Below are positions 29,929-42,862 of a DNA stretch of 64,000 nucleotides, in pieces (the first letter of the stretch is position 1; each line of letters opens with the position of its first letter). The DNA comes from Eledone cirrhosa. Taxonomy: Eukaryota. The stretch is taken from the NCBI GenBank assembly GCA_964016885.1, contig OZ024742.1:69936001-70000000 (forward strand). The letters run 5' to 3'. The position numbers and the translations under genes are program-made. Below the pieces are notes generated by a model, which was given only the letters and a program-made list of their open reading frames with translations, was not told where the DNA came from and did no database searches.

Positions 29929-30167
29929 TTCATACTGGTTGTGTCTTGTGCTGTTAAGCAAGACACTCTATTTCCTGTTATTCAAGTTCACTTAAATGGC
30001 AACTCCCCAACACTTGAACTCTTTAGTATGAGGGTCGACTGAAAACTTCATAGGCTGATACTCTCATGGAATGACAAAATGAGGTTTATTTTTGTGTCAA
30101 CATACTCCCAAGTTATTAATAAGTAGTTAGGAAATTAAAGCATACAAGATTTCACAGCTCTAGCATC

Positions 30168-30550
30168 ATCTATATATCTAAAACAGAGAATGTCTGTCTG
30201 TCTGACTCCCTAAAACTCGAGAACCACCCAACCGATTGTTTTCAAACTTTACACATGTAATAGTTATGGTCGTGTGAGTGTTTTGAACAAAAAGAATTTC
30301 AAATGTTCAATATCCTAGGGACCGCATTAGGCGATTTAGTGATCTCTCTCTATAATTCTTAGTCTTTCTTTTTAGATAGATACATTGCTACGACGTCGCG
30401 CCCTTATAATATCTGTCTGTATGCCTGGCTGTCTGCATTATATATATATAGTGCCTAACGTTTTTCGAAATATTTACTTCTGCGTTCACAGATTGATTTA
30501 TTTAGTTTCACAAGATCCCGTTAAGGGTGAAAGCAGCGATTCTTTATTCC
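30168..30550 (+). mobile_element. 5' part of a related Helitron-like element
   Basis: a-TCTATATATCTAAAA..gtctgtctgtc..aaccgattgttttcaaactt; 30395-30545 matches 29385-29630 in inverted orientation. Confidence 0.55.
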
Positions 30551-30621
30551 AGCTATATATATATAATTTCTGTGTTCCAGCTATATATATAATTTCTTTC
30601 CATGGTTGAAGTTGTTTAAAT

Positions 30622-30810
30622 CAGGCATGTCAAATAGAGGGTCGCCCGAGGGCCACATGGGTCACATATGTGTTGTCTGAGGACCACACATGACAGCTAA
30701 TTGCGCACATTACAGCTAATATTTTTTTATTTCATATTACGCTCGCGCTGTAAAAACCTTTGTGCGAGCTGCAGATGTGCTTGTAAAGGGCCGCATGTTT
30801 GACATGTCTG
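30622..30810. mobile_element. hAT (Charlie-like) MITE
   Basis: TIRs CAGGCATGTCAAA / TTTGACATGTCTG; 8-bp flanks gtttaaat / gtttaaag. Confidence 0.8.
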
Positions 30811-31924
30811 GTTTAAAGTATCACATTCGAACGTCTTGAACTATTAAAACTATTGATTACATCCCCAATTTCCTTCCATAGTTAAAGTTGTTCGAAGCCC
30901 TCTATTCTGTCCGCAGGGGCCAGCGCGTGGGCCCCCATTTTCTCATAATAGTGAGAGATGGTCAGAGCGGGAGAGACGGGGGAAGTGACTGGGAGTTTCG
31001 TTCCACTGTGTTCGGACATGGTTTATATATATTTATTTACCGCACCACATGTTACATACAGACGTTTAACTGGTGACATATAAATGTTCTCTTTAATGGA
31101 AATTTATCGTGACATGAAGAAGTGAATAGAAGATAAATATAAGGATAAAGTAAAAATGAGATCAATGAAATAAAAATATAAAAATGAATAAGTACCAAGT
31201 GAATGAATAATAAAAGTATTACTTATGTTTACCCTAACTCCGCGACGTACTGCCATTCTTGTGCTTGGGGAATTGCTAAAAACTACAATTATCTCCTTAA
31301 TTTGTTTCCATAGTTAAATATTTCACTTATGTCTACGATTTTATTCCGTAGTTAAAGTTCTATAATGTGTAACACCCATACTTGCTTTGTTCCAGTCTGT
31401 CATGACCTACTAGCTCTATGCATGCATGGACCCGTGAATCCCTCCCGAGGGAGTTGTAGGGTCCCCGTATTGATATACGGCGTTTCTAGGGCATTTTCTT
31501 AAACCTGGCGGAGCCCATCTCCTCTCCAGGTCTGAACACAGTAGATTTCTTCCAGAGAGGAGTAGAGAGTGAGAGAGAGGAAGTAAGAAAGTGACATAGA
31601 GGAAGAATCAACCCCTAATACTTGACTGGTACTGTTTTATCGACCTCGAATAGATAGAAGTCAAAGTTGATCTCGGTGAGATCTGAGAGCCGAAACAAAT
31701 ACCGCAAAGTATTCCATCCAACGATCTAACCACTCAGCCAATTCGCCGCCTATACTATCCCGATATGAACGCTTAAATTGATTAAATAAATTGATAAATT
31801 ATGTTAAAAACTTACTCTATTAATTAAAAGAAATCCAGTTATATCGGTAATGTACTTCCATATTTATCTTCGTTTAACTTTTAAGGTTATAATTCTTTAG
31901 AGTTTTAAACAGTTCGATTATGTC

Positions 31925-32340
31925 CAGGATTTTGTTCCATAGTTAAGGTTATTTGAAGTGTAACCCTTTGATTAATAAAACTGTTAACAAACACAGTCAT
32001 GTGTCTGATGTCATTCCATAGTTATGGTTGTTTGCAGTGTGGCCTTCTAACTCAATTGTCGTCAACTTGGTTCCGTAGTTAAGGTTGTTTGAAGTGTAGC
32101 TCTTGGATTAATCAAACTTCACAAACTCAGTTATGTCCCCGATTTCATTCCATCTCTAAATTAATTATATCCTGGATTTTGTTCCATAGTTAATGTTGTT
32201 TGAAGCGTAACTCTTGGATTAATTAAACTGTTAACAAATTCAGTTCTATCCCCGATTTCATTCCATTGTTAATGCAGTTTGTAGTGTGGCATTCTAAATT
32301 CTTAATTATGTCCTGGTTTTTCTTCCATAGTTAAGGTTTT
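31925..32340. repeat. Degenerate tandem repeat (ttccatagttaaggttgtttgaagtgt units)
   Basis: Motif recurs at least 7 times, with dispersed copies at about 30600, 30875, 31305 and 31345. Confidence 0.75.
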
Positions 32341-32464
32341 ATGTGTGTTTGCACGGGCACGCACGGACGTGCGTGCGCGTGTGTGTGTGGGGTGGGTATT
32401 GAACCTCCGTCGTTTCGCACGATAACTGTCCAAACAAAAGAACAGCCTACTCGTGAACATATCC

Positions 32465-32995
32465 TGCAAGTTGCCGAGCATTCAAAGGACACAGGCAAAG
32501 TTGACCTTTTGAATTATAGGTACAGTCCATAAGGTATTTTAGAGTAGGTGGCTGAGCATTCCACAGATTGGTATACTCTTTATATAGTTCTCAGGGAGAT
32601 TCAGTGTGACTCAGTATGTAACATATCTGACCCTTTGAATTACAGGTACTACAGTCCATAATGTACTTTAGTGTAAGTGGCTGAGTATTCCTTTAACATA
32701 GTTCTCAGGGATATTCAGCATGGCACAGTGTGTGAAAGGCTGGCCCTCTGAATAACAGGTACAGTCCATCTTGTATTATAGTGTTAAGTGGCTGAGAATT
32801 CTACAAATACGTGTACCCTTAACGTATTTCTCAGGGAAATTCAGCATGACACAGTGTGTGACATAACTCACCCTTTGTATTACAGGAAATAGTTTTTGTA
32901 TTATAGTGTAAGCGATTAAGTATTCCGTAGACGCGTGTACCCTTAATGAGTTCTCAGGGAGATTCAGCATTTCGGGGCTGGTCCTTTGAATTGAC
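32465..32995 (+). repeat. Degenerate tandem array of a ~110-120-bp unit
   Basis: gtggctgag.attcc..ccttaa..gttctcagggagattcagc..ccctttgaattacaggtac repeated 4-5 times; single copy at about 43325-43430. Confidence 0.8.
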
Positions 32996-33308
32996 CTTGC
33001 ACAATTTCACCTCTGAAAGTCGATGACTCAGGACCGTGATCCCTGGCGCTATACAATAATACGAAAGACCCGCCTGCCCATATGCAGGGGCTGAGGCATA
33101 CATCTAGTATGTACCACCTTCCCTCCCATCACCCCTCCCATATACCTCCCACGTTCTAACAATCCACTCCTAGATCTACCTCCCCAATTACCCATGCATC
33201 TCCCTCACCCAAGTCCCCAATCCACACTGTAAAGTGATTGTGTAGGTGTCACGACAAAAAGCACCCAGCACACACTGTAAATGTGGTTGGCGTTAGGAAG
33301 GGCATCCA

Positions 33309-33360
<52 letters not shown>

Positions 33361-33971
33361 CCCCTCCCTCTTGTATTATAGTGTAAATGGTTGAGTATTC
33401 CACAGACACGTTGATACTGTCAGTATGTTGATACTGTCAGTATACTCCGCTGAATATACGTACCAGCAGGAATAGCGTAGTTGGGGATTTAACCCAACGA
33501 TGGGCTGACATCCTGTCCAGGATAAAAGGATAGTCTTGTATTCTCAGTCACTTAATGCCACGAAAATATTGGCATCTACAATATATGCTAGCAATTAACT
33601 CCTAAACAGAACTCTTTGGTGCACTTGTGTATCGGTCGGTGCACTGCGAGATAACATTAGTTCCATCGCGTAAGAGAAAGATTCGATTTTAAAACGTGAA
33701 AAAGTACAAACTGACTATCGCAAGAAAGTTTGTATATAACTCTCCTCCGATTGGCCTCAGTGATGCGTGCATAGTGGATGCAAGGAAGATTTTTTATGTC
33801 TTTTTTGAAAAAAGAAATGCGTCTAATAGGCTGGCAAATAAGATAAACTAAAAATGAAATCATTGGTTTCTGATTTAAACACAAGGCCAACAATTTTGGG
33901 GAAGGGGAAAGTCGATCAAATCGACCCTAGTACATTACTGGTACTTTGGTACTTTATTTGATCGACCCGTA

Positions 33972-34217
33972 CAGAGGCGGTGAAACTGAATGGGGGAGGG
34001 GGGCTCCCCTCCCTCATAATTATATTTTTCACCCCAAACTACCAAATCTATTTGTATACGTTATGTTTATTGCATATCGAAGTTTTTTTGTTTTTTATAT
34101 TATATCTTGGTTGATATTTTATAACAGCTAAACTAATCACTACAACTAAATTGACCAAATGTGCCCCCCCCCCCCCCCACACACACACACACTAATTCAG
34201 AAATGCTTCCACCGCTT
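33972..34217. mobile_element. Short copy of the CAGGGG-type MITE
   Basis: Shares ataattatattttt.ccccaaactac and aaattgaccaaat..attcagaaat.cttccac with 19707-20608. Confidence 0.55.
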
Positions 34218-34244
34218 TTATACAGTCACTAAACTGTACTACAT

Positions 34245-34625
34245 TTACTACTTTACACTACATTACATTCACTACATTCACTACACTACATTAACTACAC
34301 TACATTAACTACACTACATTCACTACACTACATTCACTACACTACATACACTACACTACATTCACTACACTACACCACACTAAACTACACTACACTACAC
34401 CACACTACACCATACTACACTGTACCACACTGCACTACACAACACTATGTCATACTACACTACAACACACTATACCACACAAAACCATACTATCCCACAC
34501 CACATTTTACCATACTACACTACACTACATTGCACTACACAACACTATACCACACCACACGTCACTATACGACACTACACTATACCACGCTACACTAGAC
34601 TATATTACACGACACTATACCACAC
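34245..34625. repeat. (ACTAC)n-type pentanucleotide tract
   Basis: Direct reading. Confidence 0.85.
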
Positions 34626-34836
34626 TCAATACATAATTTTCATATGGGTGTTTTAAGCTGTACTGATGTCACAGCTACATCAATAGCCGTGTTTGAACGC
34701 CAGGCATCAGTTTTTCAATACTTTCTCATCCATCATCGGTACTGAGACAAGAATACCCTAGAGTGGTATATCAGTGAAATAAAGGGAATTGACAAAAACA
34801 TTCGTCAGTTGGTGACTTGTAATAGGATGAACCATA

Positions 34837-35000
34837 GGCGGCGAATTGGCAGAGTCGTTAAGACGTCGGATAGAATTATTTACGGTATTCGTCCCACCTC
34901 ATTGTGCGCTCTGAGTTCAAATCCCGCCGTGGTCAACCTTGCCTTTCATCCTTTCGATGTTGATAAATAAAGGTACCAGTCCAGTCCTGTGGTCGATTCT
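34837..35000 (+). mobile_element. tRNA-derived SINE (subfamily variant)
   Basis: ggcggcgaattggcagagtcg..gagttcaaatcccgcc..gcctttcatcctttcg. Confidence 0.8.
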
Positions 35001-35371
35001 TCCTCTATAGAAAAAATCGGCTGTGTTCAGACCTGGAGACGGCTAGTACAAGTGCCTTAGACTAGCCGTATGGCGATGCCTCTACGACTCCACAAGAATT
35101 TATGGGATCTTTATCATTATTCCATAATTATGTAAGTTGTAAATAATTGAGCATTCTTTTATGATTGAATATCATTCTATTGCAAATATGATTTTAAACA
35201 GATAATGTGCGCATGTATAAAGCAAATGATATACTTGTAACTGTGTAACGTGCGTGACGTGAAGAATCAAGTGTGTTTATTTTTGTGGCTTATCAATGTA
35301 TGCAGCCAATTTCTCTGTCCTGGAAAGAAAACTGGATGAAGAGGAAAAACACAAACAATAATAATAATAAT

Positions 35372-35590
35372 AATTGTTTCTTATATAGGCACAAGGCTAG
35401 CAATTTTGGGGGAGGAGAAAGTCGATTAAATCGACTCCAGTGGGTGACTGGTGCTTTATTTAATCGACCCCGTAAGGATGAAAAGCAAAGTTAACCTCGG
35501 CGGGATGTGAACTCAGATCATAAAGGGCCGTAACTCTATGCAGCAAAGCATGGCGTCCGACCCTCTACCGATACTGCCAATCCACCGCCC
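35372..35590 (-). mobile_element. tRNA-derived SINE
   Basis: Full-length reverse copy. Confidence 0.88.
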
Positions 35591-35895
35591 TTGACAATAA
35601 TAATAATAATAACAACAACAACAACAGACCTTATATACATATAGTGTTTTATATCAGACACACTTGTGAGATCATTATCAAAAATACATTGAAATATAAA
35701 TAAAAAATGCATATAACATCATATACTTTACGTAAATATCATATACATTTCATAATATATACATATAAATATTTTAAATAGTTATAAATATGTTTGTGAG
35801 ATCCGCTTCACAACGCAATTGATCACTTCGCCACCGAATATACATGCACTCATACATATATAAATATATATATATATAAGGATATATATATAAAC

Positions 35896-35927
<32 letters not shown>

Positions 35928-36401
35928 TATATACACACACACATATATTGATATCAATATATAAAGGTAATAAATAATGATGGTGATATAAATATTTATA
36001 AATATAATAAATATAAAATAGGTTTGACATCATAGTGTAGTGAACGAAGACACAAGGTATGTCAAAACGGAAGTCAGTTCTTAAAAAATCATAGTGTTTA
36101 TTTTGACAAGGAATGATGGATGGTGTTTGGCAGTGAAATATTTCTTGTATAAGGCACTGGGGTGGTTTTGAAATTGATGAGAATGATTTGTGGCTGTTAG
36201 CGAAATATTTCGGAATGCACACCACGTATGTGTAAGGATATATATATATACATGTATAAACGTATGAAATTCGAGCAACCAGAGTAATTACTAAGATGTT
36301 TTCAGCTTCAAAAGATTATGTGTGTGTGTGTCTGTGAGTGTGTTGTGTCTGTGTGTGTGTGTGTGTGTATGTGTGCGTGTGTGCGTGCGTGTGCGCGTGT
36401 G

Positions 36402-36433
<32 letters not shown>

Positions 36434-36441
36434 TGTGTGTG

Positions 36442-36504
<63 letters not shown>

Positions 36505-37938
36505 TCGTGCGTGTGAAACTTGACAGTGGGTAATTAAATGTATTTCAATGTACATTATGAAGTAACTATATATGCATGTTGACCAATGTTGAGACGTCGG
36601 TGTGCAACATGAATAATAAAAGCTTTTGATTGTTGTTTTTGTTGTTACATATCGACAAGTCTTAATGCACATTGTTAAATTACAGTTGTGTATCATACAG
36701 TTCTGTATATTTCTTAATGTTCTAGTTACAATTTTCCATATTTCAGTTTGAAACATTAGATACAGATTGACACAACACAATCTTTTATAAAGAAAATAAC
36801 AATCTTCCCTTTCAGGGTAAAAATTTATCACAAATGTTAGAGCAATGTCTGATGGCAGCAGTCTTTTCAGGTTTCCTTGGAGAAGGCGTAAGTTGAGATT
36901 TTCTAGGAAGGATACTGACGTTTAAAACGATTTGAATATGCAAAAATTATTTATTTCATTGAAACTTAGTGTGATAAGTAGCAAATGTGTGGCAGACAGG
37001 AGCTGAAATCGCATAATTGGGAACTGAAACTAAATATAGAATGGATTTACTCCGGTGGTCTACAGTTTATGCCATATATATATTAACGGATGTTTATATA
37101 TATATATATATCTGTTATAATGTCTATGATAGATTGTGTATCTTCAGAATGGTTCTATATAGATTTGATCTCGCTACTGTTCAGTGCAAGTAACGGTTTT
37201 AATGGTGACTAATAAATAAAATGGTTTATCTAACCTATGGACGCTTAACAGACTGATGAAGGCGAAATATTGTTGGGCGTAAGACAAAATATTGGTCATT
37301 ATATAAATTATGGAATGTCAACCATAATGGAAAAAAAAAACGTTTTAACAATTAGGCAAGATTTTAAAATGGTGGAAGTAATGGGAATTCATAAAAAATA
37401 TATGTATCAAATTAATGTATTATTGCTGTTTGCTTTTTCTGAGATACATGACCATGTTTTTAGGGAAATAACGGATGTTGTTGATTATTGAGACGCCAAC
37501 GTATTTAATTCTGAGAGTAATTTTATGGATTTGGGAGGATGAAAAGTAGAAATGTCCATAGCAGCATATGAAATCAAACAGATGACAGGCGAAAAATGAA
37601 TACTATAAAATCTTTAGTCCAGTTCTCTCGTATCTCTGCCAGCCCTTCCTAGTTCATATCGACACACAATCAGAAATAAATGAATGTATAGCACGTAAGT
37701 ATTTTCAGTGGTAGTGTTGTACGTTGAAGGAATAAGTGACAACCAGAAAAGGAAACCAACTTGCATTCTCAACAGGAAATTGCCTCCTATGCTATGACAT
37801 TAATTTAATATAAAATATATTTAAATCTACATTTAAAAATAAATATATTTCTCTTTTCTTTTTCTTTTAAAAGAATTAATTTTGTTAAAGTTATTAAGAT
37901 GTATAATGATAAGACATATAATACCCTCTTCAGTGTTC

Positions 37939-39290
37939 CTAGCTGTACGTTAGGGTTATATTAATGCTGTGGTTACATAAATTTTGTTTCATAGAATTAC
38001 AACCGTTGGCTGTCGACGATGCTGATTGGTCCCCATAGACAGGAATTAAATTACCGTCATAGTCACAGTTCTGCATGCAAGGGATCTGCATTTCGGTGCG
38101 AGGGCCTTTACTTGAGTTGCTGGGGTGTAGAGGGTCGAATGCCAAGGAATCTCTATCAAATGATGACGGCGCAGGCGTAATTGGTTCCTGGAATCGGAGC
38201 CAATGGTAATCTGACTTCCGGTTGTCGTGTTTGTCAGCTTCGATGTTCAGGTTCGAATCGGTGTCTGTCAGACTTTTAGGAAAGTTTGAGGCGGATTTCA
38301 GTTCAAGAAAGCATGGTGATATCGAAGCGGAAGAACGATCAGGTACGCTAGACAGTCTTGTTTTCGGGGGATAACTGTCTAAAATAGTTGGGCAGGGTTT
38401 TACATCATCGTGCAGGTCCATTTTGATTGGCTCCCTTAAAGAACTGTGTTTTGGTTGATAGGAACAACACATGTCGGTCATGCCGCGTGTTGCGGAAGGC
38501 ATCTGAGATGATCTGGTTTCGTGTTCGGGAAGCCAGGAAGCAGATTCTCTGTAAGACCCTTGCCTGGACGGGTAGTCTCTATTTTCAGCTGGTTTCACAC
38601 AAGATATATTACTATTACCGTGTTCCCATCCGAAGTCGGTGTTAGGACTATTGCGTGGATGACGATTTGACCAACTTCCATTCAAATTGAAGTTATCTGA
38701 AGGGGCTCGATGTTGTTGTGGTGTACTATATGTATCATAGGGAAGACTAGGCAAACCAGAATAAATTGTACTGTAGGTAACCTGTCTATTGCGATAAAAC
38801 ATCGAATCCTGCTGTTTACCAGGTGTATAAACACTTCGGTCAAAATGGCTCTCATATTCACACTGTGAACGTCGTTTTGTGATTGTCCACTCTTCAACTG
38901 GAATCTTGTCACATGATTCCAGTTCAAAGTTACGGTTTATATTCGTGTGTCCAACACTTCGACTTAACGAAGTCAGTGGTGACCTGAGTGGAGATTGACC
39001 AAGTTTAAGGCGCGGCTGCATAGGATAAACAGACGGAAGTTGTTTTGTTTCCGTGACTTCCGGTCTATTAGGTGGTGAAATACGACAGTCATTAACAGTG
39101 TTGTTTTGATGATATGAAGGCATAGCTTCCGAGTTTGATGGCAGGAATGAATTCTGAAGGTAACTTTCATTATTATCTACAGTTCCAGACATCCAAGGCG
39201 GGAACGGTCCGGGTGGAGCGCTATTTGCACTGCTTGTACGCTGGGAACACGTGCATTCGAATGGTGGACAGGAGCACAAAACAGAAGAAC
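37939..39290 (-). CDS. gcm: GCM transcription factor, last coding exon (C-terminal S/P-rich region)
   Basis: Acceptor tttttcag at 39291, phase matches the previous exon (A|GT = Ser), then 449 open codons to TAG; begins SSVLCSCPPFECTC. Confidence 0.85.
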
Positions 39291-39407
39291 CTGAAAAATC
39301 AAGTTAAAACATTGTTAATTATAAATTGTTGTAATGTGTTTTACATATATTTAATCGTTCTATTCCTCTATGACACTACTACTACTACTACTAAAATAAT
39401 TATAATA

Positions 39408-39590
39408 ATGTTTCTACTTTTGGCACAAGGCAAGCAATTACCTCAGTGCATTACTGGTGCTTTATAATACGGACCCCGTAAGGATGAAAGGTAAAGTTAA
39501 CCTCGGTGGGATTTGAACTCAGAACGTAAAGGGTCATAATTATGCTGCAAAGCAAGGTGTCTGACGCTCTACCGATACTGCCAAACCACC
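39408..39590 (-). mobile_element. Intronic SINE
   Basis: Family core on the reverse strand. Confidence 0.82.
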
Positions 39591-39855
39591 AATGATAATA
39601 ATATATATTTAAATAAAAACAGAAATAAAAATAAAAAGAGTGTGATAGAGAGGAAGTGAGAAAGACACATAAAGGAAGAATCAGCCCCGACCCTGAAAAG
39701 ATAAACTATAAATTCGACCTCGATGGGAGTTGAATGCAGAGCGCCTGAACTAATATCGCAAATCATCCTATCCGATATTCCTACGATTCTATCAATTCGC
39801 CGTCTTAAACGGGACTTAGCATTAACATATTAGGTGAGTATTACTTCATACTTAC

Positions 39856-39937
39856 TAGTTTGTGAAACTTTATGTCTCTTGGTTGGTCTTTCTGTGCTTG
39901 TTTGACGTCCTCGTCTTTTACCGCGATAACCACGAGC
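39856..39937 (-). CDS. gcm: GCM coding exon 4 (82 nt, basic NLS-like)
   Basis: ttaacag|ARGYRGKRRGRQTSTERPTKRHKVSQT-A|gtaagt; the phase 0 to phase 1 bridge is required to join exon 3 to the last exon in frame. Confidence 0.82.
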
Positions 39938-40257
39938 CTGTTAACAACAAACAATAGCAAAGTAAATCAACAGAGTCCGAGGAAATCGGGGGGGGGGGGG
40001 GGGCTTGTGAACAGTGGTCAGAATAATCAGTTGAAAGTTCACAAAATAGAATAAGATATGTATGTGCGTATGTGTATATGTTTATGTGGGTGTTATGTGC
40101 AGAAGGAGGCTTGGTGGTAATCGTGGTGGTAGAGGTGGTGATGGTGATAGTGGGCGTTAATGATAATAGTAGGAGTAATGATAATGATGATGGCGGTGTA
40201 TATTTAAATTAAAAATTGATACAGAGAGAGAGCACGAGAGCGAGAGAGAGAGACAAA

Positions 40258-40310
<53 letters not shown>

Positions 40311-40482
40311 GAGGGGGGGGCAGTCACAAACAGCGACAGATATATTTAGAACAAGACAGGTGTACAGAAAGTTAAATTGATAGATAGATAGAGAGGGAGA
40401 GAGGGAACAGAGAAAGGGGGAGGAGTGGGAAGGGGAGCCATACTAGCAGAAGCTGAATGAAACAGAACAGAAAATGACTTAC

Positions 40483-40697
40483 CTGTAGACGTTTTTGTTG
40501 TTTACAGTTCTGTTGTTGCCTTCGAGCCTCCGCTGACGATTTTATTTCAGGTCTTGGGTGATCATGTACGCCTTTTGCTTGGAAATAAATAGCGCTATTG
40601 AGATGTCTCCAAAAATGTGTTACTGGATAGCCACAATGACCTCGACACGATAAAAGTTCTAGATGACCTCCACATTTGGAATTTGGACAAGGTTTGC
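40483..40697 (-). CDS. gcm: GCM coding exon 3 (C-terminal half of the GCM domain)
   Basis: ttttcag|[61 protein letters not shown]|gtaagt. Confidence 0.97.
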
Positions 40698-40878
40698 CTG
40701 AAAATATTTAAAGAGAAGTTTTTATTGTATTAGGAAATTCTCTGCTCTCTCTCTCTCATTCTTTCTCTCTCTTTCTCTCTCTTTCTCTCTCATTCTCTCT
40801 CTTTCTCTCTCTCTCTCTTTCTCTCTCTCTCAATATATATATATATATGTGTGTGTGTATGTGTGTGTGTGTGTGTGT

Positions 40879-41023
<145 letters not shown>

Positions 41024-41208
41024 ACTACCCATCCAGTTATCTATATTTCTCTAATATATTATCGGCAGAGAACTACAGTTATATCTGAAGACAGTAAATT
41101 TTGTAACTGATTTTAACAAGATAAATGAGTCGTATTGCAGAAATGTTCTTCGAAAGGAAGAACATGAACATTCTAGAACAATTAAGAATACTCTTTCATC
41201 TTACTCAC

Positions 41209-41461
41209 CAATTTGCTTCCTCCTGGCTTTATCACATATAGCAGGGCGTAAGTGTACTTTATTCCCGGTATCGGTAAGTAAACAGTCTAGACTGCACACG
41301 AGAACGCCAAGGCAGGACTTTTTCAAAATATGAACATTATGATTGTTGGTGTTGCGCATTGCCCAACCACTTGCATGCCGTCGGGCTTCTTCTAATTCTG
41401 TTCCGTAGACAAACCGACTGTGCCCGTTCGGCCATTCTTCAAAAGTATCGAACTGGGCAAC
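41209..41461 (-). CDS. gcm: GCM coding exon 2 (N-terminal half of the GCM domain)
   Basis: ttttccag|[70 protein letters not shown]|gtgagt. Confidence 0.97.
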
Positions 41462-41897
41462 CTGGAAAAGAATTTAAACAATGAATTTGGGGAATGTGAT
41501 GTTTTAATGATTTACTAACTTACAATTACGGCAAGTTGATTGTTAATTTCATTGGTGTGATTAAACAATTTTAGACATAGAGAACACCACAAGAAAGACA
41601 AAAAATCTAGCAATCTTTGGTTTGTTTGCTAAAGTTCAAAATCCGAGGAAACAATAAAAAGCTTAAATAACTGCGAGGGATTATTTAAGTCCCTTCCTTT
41701 GCTGGTTCAGACGTTACCTATTTTAAATTGTTTCTTTTTTTGTTTTGTTTTTTTAAGTTTAGCTGATACATAAAAAAATAGTGCCTTTGCAGTTTTATGG
41801 ACTATTTAGTATAAATATGTCACGGAGTATACTGAAGGGAAACTCGTTTCCTACATTGCTACAAGTCGAACAATTGTGTTGCAGCTTTCTTCGTTGT

Positions 41898-41944
<47 letters not shown>

Positions 41945-42033
41945 AATGTATGGCAAGCTATGTAATGAGGTGATTAGTCAGTGATAAAGTAACAAATATC
42001 AGTAAACTGGACAAGTGACGAAGAAACACCTAC

Positions 42034-42177
42034 CAAAGGTAACATTGAGTCATTAACATCCCAGTGGTGTGACGTTTCCTTACTGCCGTTGCTTGTGTGG
42101 CCAACCGATAAGGGTGCGACAGGTGCTAGTGGTGGGTGGGTACCAACAGAATATTTGGAACTCTCTGTTAGTGTCAT
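42034..42177 (-). CDS. gcm: GCM coding exon 1
   Basis: ATG at 42177 (ACAATGA context, in-frame TAA upstream) to HWDVNDSMLPL|gtaggt; WDIND-like motif typical of GCM N-termini. Confidence 0.9.
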
Positions 42178-42230
42178 TGTCACAACTCCATTCAATTGAT
42201 CCCTTCTTTAAATATCTGCAGGAAAAAAAA
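42178..42230 (-). other. gcm: Splice acceptor and 5'-UTR part of the ATG exon (exon starts at 42215)
   Basis: tttttttttcctgcag|atatttaaag implies at least one further upstream exon. Confidence 0.7.
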
Positions 42231-42271
42231 ATAAGGCATATAAACAACTGTCTTTAATAAAGCCACAACAT

Positions 42272-42353
<82 letters not shown>

Positions 42354-42690
42354 GTGCGTTATTATCTGAAGAAGAAGAAGAAGAAGAAGAAGAAGAAGAA
42401 GAAGAAGAAGAAGACTGAGCAAGCGGAGGAGAATGAGTAGTGGGAGGAGTAAGTAGTTAACGATGCAGATAATTTTCATCACACGTCTATTGACAAACGT
42501 CATTGTGTCACGTGGCAGTTTTCATGGGTCGGAGAACTGCAATGATGGACGACACATTAAAACTGTGAACAGAACACCGCACCACAACATAATACACAAT
42601 TACACTTTATTGCACCGTACCATACTATACCATAGTGCACTAAGCTACAAGAGGAAACACCCCATCACACAATACCACACGACAATACAC

Positions 42691-42862
42691 CACCACATCA
42701 CAATACATCGTCAACCAATGAGGAGGTATCTATGCTGACTTTCGACCTGTTAGAAATAGCAGCTATATTTCTCTCCACCACCACATCACAATACATCGTC
42801 AACCAATGAGGAGGTATTTATGCTGACTTTCGACCTGTTAGAAATAGCAGCTATATCTCTCT
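42691..42862. repeat. ~85-bp tandem duplication at the edge of a dispersed repeat
   Basis: caccacatcacaatacatcg..gttagaaatagcagctata occurs twice. Confidence 0.85.

Noticed and set aside
30028-30120. ATGAGGGT GCM-like site
   Set aside because: Part of a mariner-type TIR remnant (tatgagggtcgactgaaaa)
37250-37275. CTGATGA-aggc-GAAA hammerhead-like string
   Set aside because: No stem II and no convincing stem I or III; probably chance
37939-39279. Stand-alone 446-aa gene
   Set aside because: Starts at TTG just after a splice acceptor and joins the GCM exons in frame
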